Position numbers and translations under genes: made by a program
Notes under the pieces: generated by a model
Database searches by the model: none
Told to the model about the DNA's origin: nothing
The model's input: only the letters and a program-made list of their open reading frames with translations
DNA from: an uncultured Planctomycetota bacterium
Lineage (GTDB): Bacteria > Planctomycetota > PLA2 > JAEUHO01
Assembly (NCBI GenBank): GCA_963752285.1
Contig: CAVVXN010000005.1
Coordinates: forward strand, 1,920,001 to 1,984,000
DNA: 64,000 nucleotides
Direction of reading: 5' to 3'
In this document: in pieces, positions 58,698-64,000 of the stretch
Layout of the letters: every line of letters starts with the position of its first letter
Position numbering within the stretch: the first letter of the stretch is position 1

Positions 58698-59648
58698 ATG
58701 CCGGCGAAGAAGGTGATCGCGGTGGTGGGCGCCACGGGCGCGCAGGGGAGCGGACTCGTCCGCGCGATCTTGGAGGACCCGTCGGGTCCGTTCACCGTGC
58801 GCGCGCTGACGCGCGACCCCGCGTCGGAGAAGGCGAAGGTCTACGCGGCCCGCGGCGCGGAGGTCGTGAAGGCCGACGTGGACGACGAGGCGAGCCTCGC
58901 GCGGGCGTTCGCGGGCGCGTACGGCGCGTACTGCGTCACCTTCTTCTGGGCGCACTTCTCGCCCGAGCAGGAACGCGCCCAGGCGAGGGCCATGGCGCGC
59001 GCGGCGAAGCAGGCGGGCGTCCAGCACGTCGTGTGGTCCACGCTCGAGGACACGCGGCGCTTCGTCGGCCTCGACGACGACCGGATGCCCACGCTGATGG
59101 GCACGTACAAGGTCCCCCACTTCGACGCGAAGGGCGAGGCCGACCAGGAGTTTCGCGACGCGGGCGTCCCGACGACGTTCCTCCTGACCTCGTTCTACTG
59201 GGACAACCTGATCCACTTCGGGATGGGTCCGAAGAAGGGTCCGGACGGGCAGCTCTCCTTCGCGCTGCCGATGGGCGCGGCGCGCCTCCCGGGGATCGCC
59301 GCCGAGGACATCGGCCGGACGGCGTACGGGATCTTCCGGCGAGGCCCCGAGACGATCGGCCAGACGATCGGCATCAGCGGCGAGTGCCTGACCGGGGCGC
59401 AGATGGCCGCCGCGCTCTCGAAAGCGCTCGGCCAACCGGTCCGCTACGACGCGATCGAGCCCGACGTCTACCGGCGCCTCGGCTTCCCCGGCGCCGAGGA
59501 CCTCGGCAACATGTTCCAGTTCAAGCGCGACTTCGAGGCCGAGTTCTGCGGCGCGCGAGATCCCGCGACCGCGCGGTCGCTGAATCCGAAGCTCCAGTCG
59601 TTCTCGGACTGGCTGGCCCGGCACGAGGACGAGATCCCCCTCGTCTAG
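58698..59648 (+). CDS. NmrA/HSCARG family NAD(P)-binding protein
   Basis: VVGATGAQG, VRALTRD, VPHFDAK, DIG; GAGGAG RBS. Confidence 0.9.
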   Translation: MPAKKVIAVVGATGAQGSGLVRAILEDPSGPFTVRALTRDPASEKAKVYAARGAEVVKADVDDEASLARAFAGAYGAYCVTFFWAHFSPEQERAQARAMARAAKQAGVQHVVWSTLEDTRRFVGLDDDRMPTLMGTYKVPHFDAKGEADQEFRDAGVPTTFLLTSFYWDNLIHFGMGPKKGPDGQLSFALPMGAARLPGIAAEDIGRTAYGIFRRGPETIGQTIGISGECLTGAQMAAALSKALGQPVRYDAIEPDVYRRLGFPGAEDLGNMFQFKRDFEAEFCGARDPATARSLNPKLQSFSDWLARHEDEIPLV

Positions 59649-59711
59649 CCCGGCCCTTGCGCGGACGGCCCTCCGGGAGGAGGATCGAGAAGCCGACCCG
59701 CGGGAGAGATC

Positions 59712-61730
59712 ATGGGCACCTCTCGACGCCGTCCCCCCGAGGGGGACCGGCGGTGCGGGTCCTCGCGCGAACGCGCCCGCTTCGCCGAGACGCTCCGCCT
59801 GAACGCCGCGACGTCGCTCTTCCTCGGCGCGCTCGCCTGCCTGGTCGGCTGCGGCGGAGGCCAGGACGCGGGACCGGGTGCGGCGGCCGGAATCGAGCTA
59901 CCGGTCGTTGGGACGCTCGGCCACGCGCCGTCCGGACCCGACACGATCGAGGTGGGGATCGACCGCGACGGCCGCATCTCGCTCGGAGGTCTCGGACCGC
60001 TCGACCTCGTGTCGCTCCAGAAGGAGCTCGCGGCGCGGACCCCGTACCCCGGTGCGCGCGCGCTCGACGGCACCAGCAAGAAGCGCCTCCTCATCCGCGC
60101 GGACGCCGCGGTGCCGTGGATCGTGCCGTGCTGGGTGACGATGGCGGCGGCGGACCCGCGTGTTGAGATCTACCAGGTCTTCCTCGCCGCGCGGGCGCGG
60201 GGGGACGGCGCCCTGGGCGCGATCGGATGGCGGCTCCCCGTCGATCGGAGCGGCCCTCGCCCCTTCGTGAGGGACGCGGCGCCGAGGATCCTGACCCTCC
60301 GCCTCCGGATGAGCGACGGCGTCGAGAGCGATCCCGCCGCGATCCTCTCCGAGCTCCGACGCGTGGCCGGGGACCGGCCCGTCTCGGAGATCACCCTGGA
60401 GGTCAAGTACCCGCCGCCGCGCGGCGCCACGGTGCCGACGGAGTTCGTCGCCCAGGTCCTCGACCAGGCGCTTCGCGCGGGCGTTCGCCGGGTGACCTTC
60501 GAGGGATCGCCGTTCCCGGGTGGGTACCCCCAGTCCCCGGACGCGTCGCCGTCCCTCGACCCCGCGGACGCGAACGCCCTCCTCACGTACGTACGAAGCC
60601 TCGCCGCGGCCGGCGGGAAGCCGACGATCCGCGTCCGCACGGAGGACCTCGGCGGCGCGTCGCCCGGGGACCGGCTGCCGGACCGAGGACTCCTGCCGGG
60701 GCTCTACGAGGCCGCGGAGGAGAGCGACGTCGTGCTCTTCGAGGAGCCGATCCTCAAGGCCGACGAACCGAGGTCCGAGGCGGTGGACGCCGGGCTCCGG
60801 TGGCTCGCGGCGCACCAGGCGCCGGACGGACGGTGGTCGTCCGCCGGATTCGGGTCGTGGTGCGAGTACCAACCCGTGCCCGAAGGCGAGGGCCCCGACG
60901 GCGCGGCCGCCTCGGCGCACGACGTCCGCGCGACCGGCCTCGCGCTCCTCGCGTTCCTCGGCGCCGGTCACACGAACCGCGGGCGTCATCCGTTCGCCCA
61001 GGTCGTGGCCCGCGGCCTCCGGCACCTCAAGAACCAGATGACCGCGGACGGCTCCTTCGCGGAGACGGACCCGACGACCGCGCTCGCCGACGACGCGACC
61101 GCGACCCTCGCCCTCGTTCGCGCCTACGCCCTGACGGAGAGTCCCATCCACCGAGGCGCCGCGGGGAAGGCCGTCGCCTTCCTCCTCCGGACGCGCGAGG
61201 GCCACGGCGGCTGGACCGCGACCGTCCGGGCCGAGGCGGCCCCGGACGAGGCGCTCGCCTGGATCGCGCTCGCGCTCGTCGCCGCGCGCGACGCGAACGA
61301 CGACGCGACGACGAAGGGCCACGCCGCGGTCTTCCCCGAGGACCTCGCGCTCGCGGACCTCCAGGACGCGCTCGACGCCGCCGCCACCGCCTCGACGGAC
61401 GCGCTCGGCCTGGCCGCGTGGCTCCGGGGCCGGCTCGGCGGAGACGGCGCGAAGGACCCGCGGGCGGTCCAGGCGCAGGAGGCGCTCGCGAGGGACCCGC
61501 TCGCGTGGCCCTTCGGCGCCGCCTCGCTCCCCCGCCTCGTGTCCGAGGGCGGCGGCGCCTTGGAGAGCGCGATCCGCGCGGCGGCGCGGCGCGGCTCGAC
61601 GCCGTGTCTCTACGAGGGCTCCTGGGACCCCGTCGGCCCGTGGGGCCGGGAGCAGGGGCGCGTCGCGACCACGGCCCTCGCGGCGCTCGGCCTGGAGGTC
61701 TTCGCCGGGTACCCCGATGCGCTTCGATGA
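59712..61730 (+). CDS. Lipoprotein with two ExbD/TolR-like domains fused to a degenerate prenyltransferase/squalene-oxidase repeat barrel
   Basis: Lipobox LVGC; VGIDRDGRI...LLIRADAAVPW; VPTEFVAQVLDQALRAGVRRVTF; then LRWLAAHQAPDGRW...GSWDP. Confidence 0.7.
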   Translation: MGTSRRRPPEGDRRCGSSRERARFAETLRLNAATSLFLGALACLVGCGGGQDAGPGAAAGIELPVVGTLGHAPSGPDTIEVGIDRDGRISLGGLGPLDLVSLQKELAARTPYPGARALDGTSKKRLLIRADAAVPWIVPCWVTMAAADPRVEIYQVFLAARARGDGALGAIGWRLPVDRSGPRPFVRDAAPRILTLRLRMSDGVESDPAAILSELRRVAGDRPVSEITLEVKYPPPRGATVPTEFVAQVLDQALRAGVRRVTFEGSPFPGGYPQSPDASPSLDPADANALLTYVRSLAAAGGKPTIRVRTEDLGGASPGDRLPDRGLLPGLYEAAEESDVVLFEEPILKADEPRSEAVDAGLRWLAAHQAPDGRWSSAGFGSWCEYQPVPEGEGPDGAAASAHDVRATGLALLAFLGAGHTNRGRHPFAQVVARGLRHLKNQMTADGSFAETDPTTALADDATATLALVRAYALTESPIHRGAAGKAVAFLLRTREGHGGWTATVRAEAAPDEALAWIALALVAARDANDDATTKGHAAVFPEDLALADLQDALDAAATASTDALGLAAWLRGRLGGDGAKDPRAVQAQEALARDPLAWPFGAASLPRLVSEGGGALESAIRAAARRGSTPCLYEGSWDPVGPWGREQGRVATTALAALGLEVFAGYPDALR

Positions 61731-61789
61731 GTCGCCCCCCGTTCCTCGGGCGCCCGCCCCCACGGCGAGCCCCGAGCGGCCAGTCGCCC

Positions 61790-61997
61790 AATCCCGACCG
61801 ACGGGTCGGTTTTGCCGGACGTCCGGCGCGCCCGGGTCTTTACACGAGCCCCCCGGCACGAGCCCACGCCCCAATCCAGACCCGGGTCGCGATTGCCGAA
61901 CGTTCGGCGCGGCCTCGTCTTCACACAGCGCCTCTCGCGCGCGCCGGGCGGGCAGACCCGATCGCGGCCAGGGTGCAGGATCCGGCCGTGCGGCGCG
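61790..61997. repeat. Structured repeat, copy 1 (two ~81-bp palindromic units)
   Basis: Palindromes GCCGGACGTCCGGC (61814-61827) and GCCGAACGTTCGGC (61895-61908), each followed by GTCTTYACA; ends AGGATCCGGCCGTGCG. Confidence 0.85.
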
Positions 61998-62051
61998 ACC
62001 GGGCTCGACCGGATGCCGGCCGACGCGTCCGGGCCGGTTCGCTGACGATCG

Positions 62052-62612
62052 TCAAACCGTCGGGCGGTAGCGGAGACGGAGGACGCCGCCGTCGAAGCGG
62101 TGGTGATCGACGAGAGTCAGGTCGAGGCGACGGTCGGGGGGCAGAGCGGGCCTTTGCCCACCGAGGACGATCGGCCAGACGAAGAGGACCAGCTCGTCCA
62201 CCAGTCCGGCAGCGAGGGCCTGGCCGGCCAGGTTCGGTCCACCGACGAGCAGATCCCCGCTCGTGGTCGCTTTCAGGTCGCGCACCGCTCCGGGGTCGAA
62301 GCGGCGTTCGAGGCGGGTCCTTGCGGTGATGGGTGCCGTCGAGGTGGAGGAGAAAACGACCTTGTCCGCCGCCTGCCACGCGGCCGCATAGTCGGCCGCG
62401 TGGTGCGACTGGGCGGCCAGAGAGGGCTCGGTCTCCCAGACCGCCAAGGTCTCGTACATGCGCCGCCCGTAGAGGTAGGTGCCGGCGGAGCGCATGATGT
62501 CGGTGATGGACACGAACACGTCGTCGTCGGGCGGTGCCCAGTCGAAGGCCCCGTCCCGGTCCTCGGTCCAACCATCGAGGGACATGTTCGATGCGTAGAT
62601 CAGCTTCCCCAT
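62052..62612 (-). CDS. Dihydrofolate reductase / RibD C-terminal family protein
   Basis: SNMSLDGW, LYGRRMYE, KVVFS, VGGPNLA, GLVDEL..PIVLGG; AAGGAG RBS; looks lower in GC than its neighbours. Confidence 0.9.
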   Translation of the reverse strand: MGKLIYASNMSLDGWTEDRDGAFDWAPPDDDVFVSITDIMRSAGTYLYGRRMYETLAVWETEPSLAAQSHHAADYAAAWQAADKVVFSSTSTAPITARTRLERRFDPGAVRDLKATTSGDLLVGGPNLAGQALAAGLVDELVLFVWPIVLGGQRPALPPDRRLDLTLVDHHRFDGGVLRLRYRPTV

Positions 62613-62747
62613 CCATCGACTCCTTCGACCTCGTGTCCAGCCGCCCGACGGATCCAGCGGGTCCCGCGGCCCTCTCGGGGCCTGGCGTTCCCCGGGAACC
62701 CCGGGAGCGATGCGGACCCGTTGCTGGCTGGACGCAGGTACCTGATC

Positions 62748-62930
62748 CCCGAACGTTCGGCGCGCCCGGGTCTCTACAAAAGCCCCCCGAACGAGCCCGC
62801 CCCTGAATCCCGACCCACGGGTCGGTTTTGCCGAACGTTCGGCGCGGCCTCCTCTTTACAGAGCGGCTCTCGCGCGCGGGTCGTGAAGCCCCGCGCGTGG
62901 GCGCGGCGTAGGATCCGGCCGTGCGACGCG
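62748..62930. repeat. Structured repeat, copy 2 (direct copy offset by ~934 bp)
   Basis: CCGAACGTTCGG (62749-62760) and GCCGAACGTTCGGC (62830-62843), each followed by TCTYTACA; ends AGGATCCGGCCGTGCG. Confidence 0.85.
62909..62914 (+). promoter_or_regulatory. Putative -10 element TAGGAT, leaderless-type, inside repeat copy 2
   Basis: 6 nt upstream of GTG 62921. Confidence 0.5.
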
Positions 62931-64000
62931 GGCCCGTCCTCTTCGCGCTCCTCCTCGCGGCGATCGGCGCGGGCGGGCTCTGGCGGGCGCTCGCCCCGAA
63001 GCCTCCGCTCGGCGCCCCGGTCGGCGGGACGCCCCCGGGCACGACGGCGGGACGGACGACCGCGGAGACCGGGAGCGTCGCGGCCGGCCTCCGGGGGACG
63101 CCGGGCGCGGCCGCCCGAGCCGAGGTCGATCTGTCGAACGCGGACGTCGCCACGACGCTCGCGGCGGTCCGCTTCTCACCCCCGGCCCTACCGGCGTCCG
63201 TCGTCGCCCGCCTCCGTGCGCTGGTCGCAAAGCGGCCGGGCCTCCTCGAAGTCTGGATCGCGACCGCGATCTACGACGAACCGCTGCCTGAGGACCCGAC
63301 GTTCGACGGGGGGCCCGGCCCGAAGTGGGCGACGTACTGGGCGCTCGTCGCCGTCGGGCCGCCCGCGGCGAAGGCCCTGGCGGATCGGCTCCAAGACGAG
63401 CGCGATCCGAAGCTCCAGGAGGACCTGCTCCGGGCCCTCTGCGCGTTCGAGGACGACGGCGCCGCCGCCGCGGTGCTGATCTCCGTTCTCCGCGACCCGA
63501 AGACGACCGACCGGGTCCGCTGGTACACGGCGGAGGCTCTGGCGCACGCCGGCGACGCCGGCCGACCGGCGATCCCCGACCTCGCGGAGCACGCCGAGCG
63601 ACCGAACGGAGCGATGTGGCAGATCTCCCTCCAGTCGGTGCTGACCCTCGCGGGTCCGTCCTCCCCCGAGGCCCAGGCGGTGGTGACTCAGCTCCTCCAG
63701 CGGGACGATCCGGTGCTCCTCGCCACCGTGCTGGAGACCGTCGGACGGACCCTCGGCGCCGAGGCCGTGCCGCTCCGACCGGCCATCGAGAACCTTCTCG
63801 GACACGAGAGCTCGGACGTGAGGGCGTGGGCGCTCTTCGCGCTCGCCCGAACCGGCGTGGAAGACGTCGCGACGATCCAGCGGATCGGGCACCTCGTCGA
63901 GGACGAGACCGAGGAGGGCGAGAAGCAGGCGATCGCCGTGCTCGCCGCGAGCGGGAAGGCGGGACAGGACGAGCTCGTCCAGGTCGCGCGCCGGGCGGAC
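62921..64000 (+). CDS. Membrane-anchored HEAT-repeat protein (partial, runs off the right edge)
   Basis: Not in the ORF track. VRRGPVLFALLLAAIGAGGLW (TM helix), then ALVAVGPPAAKALADRLQD and VRWYTAEALAHAGDAGRPAIPDL. Confidence 0.75.
   Translation, partial: MRRGPVLFALLLAAIGAGGLWRALAPKPPLGAPVGGTPPGTTAGRTTAETGSVAAGLRGTPGAAARAEVDLSNADVATTLAAVRFSPPALPASVVARLRALVAKRPGLLEVWIATAIYDEPLPEDPTFDGGPGPKWATYWALVAVGPPAAKALADRLQDERDPKLQEDLLRALCAFEDDGAAAAVLISVLRDPKTTDRVRWYTAEALAHAGDAGRPAIPDLAEHAERPNGAMWQISLQSVLTLAGPSSPEAQAVVTQLLQRDDPVLLATVLETVGRTLGAEAVPLRPAIENLLGHESSDVRAWALFALARTGVEDVATIQRIGHLVEDETEEGEKQAIAVLAASGKAGQDELVQVARRAD

Noticed and set aside
62052..62612. Trimethoprim-resistance dfr integron cassette
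   Set aside because: The protein looks like the RibD C-terminal/DHFR-like family rather than DfrA or DfrB, and there is no intI or canonical attC.
61790..62930. CRISPR array
   Set aside because: Only four units in two pairs; the intervening sequences are homologous between copies rather than unique spacers; no cas genes.

Overview
A very GC-rich (roughly 70-75% by eye) bacterial chromosomal segment with about 47 protein-coding genes and one tRNA-Phe(GAA). Planctomycete-style prenyltransferase/squalene-oxidase-repeat proteins, HEAT-repeat and carboxypeptidase-regulatory-like membrane proteins, and EfpL suggest a Planctomycetota-like organism (inference only). Housekeeping genes include ribF, def, rpsT, mfd, rnc, a SurA-like protein, a YitJ-like Met/folate enzyme, two PFKs and a Yej-like peptide ABC importer. 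The most interesting parts are: (1) a tightly coupled, functionally unknown operon (10.4-18.1 kb) with an orphan GlmL/MutL-type ASKHA ATPase (two single-base frameshifts, no B12 mutase nearby), a barrel-sandwich/KOW protein, an FN3-DUF6754 protein and several membrane proteins, next to a DUF3798 ABC importer; (2) a structured ~185-bp direct repeat with compensatory palindrome changes that brackets a DHFR-family gene; (3) RNase III with a ~330-aa disordered tail carrying repeated F-D/A-x-G motifs; (4) a lipoprotein fusing two ExbD-like domains to a prenyltransferase barrel; (5) a PPi-type PFK, an ArcE/cDPGS-like protein and a eukaryote-type PFK in a row; (6) a recurring leaderless-promoter pattern (TAnnnT 6-9 nt before the start codon); (7) a parS-like site and decayed DNA beside tRNA-Phe. 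All family calls come from recognising motifs by eye; no searches were run. Most long ORFs in the supplied track are GC-rich shadow frames.
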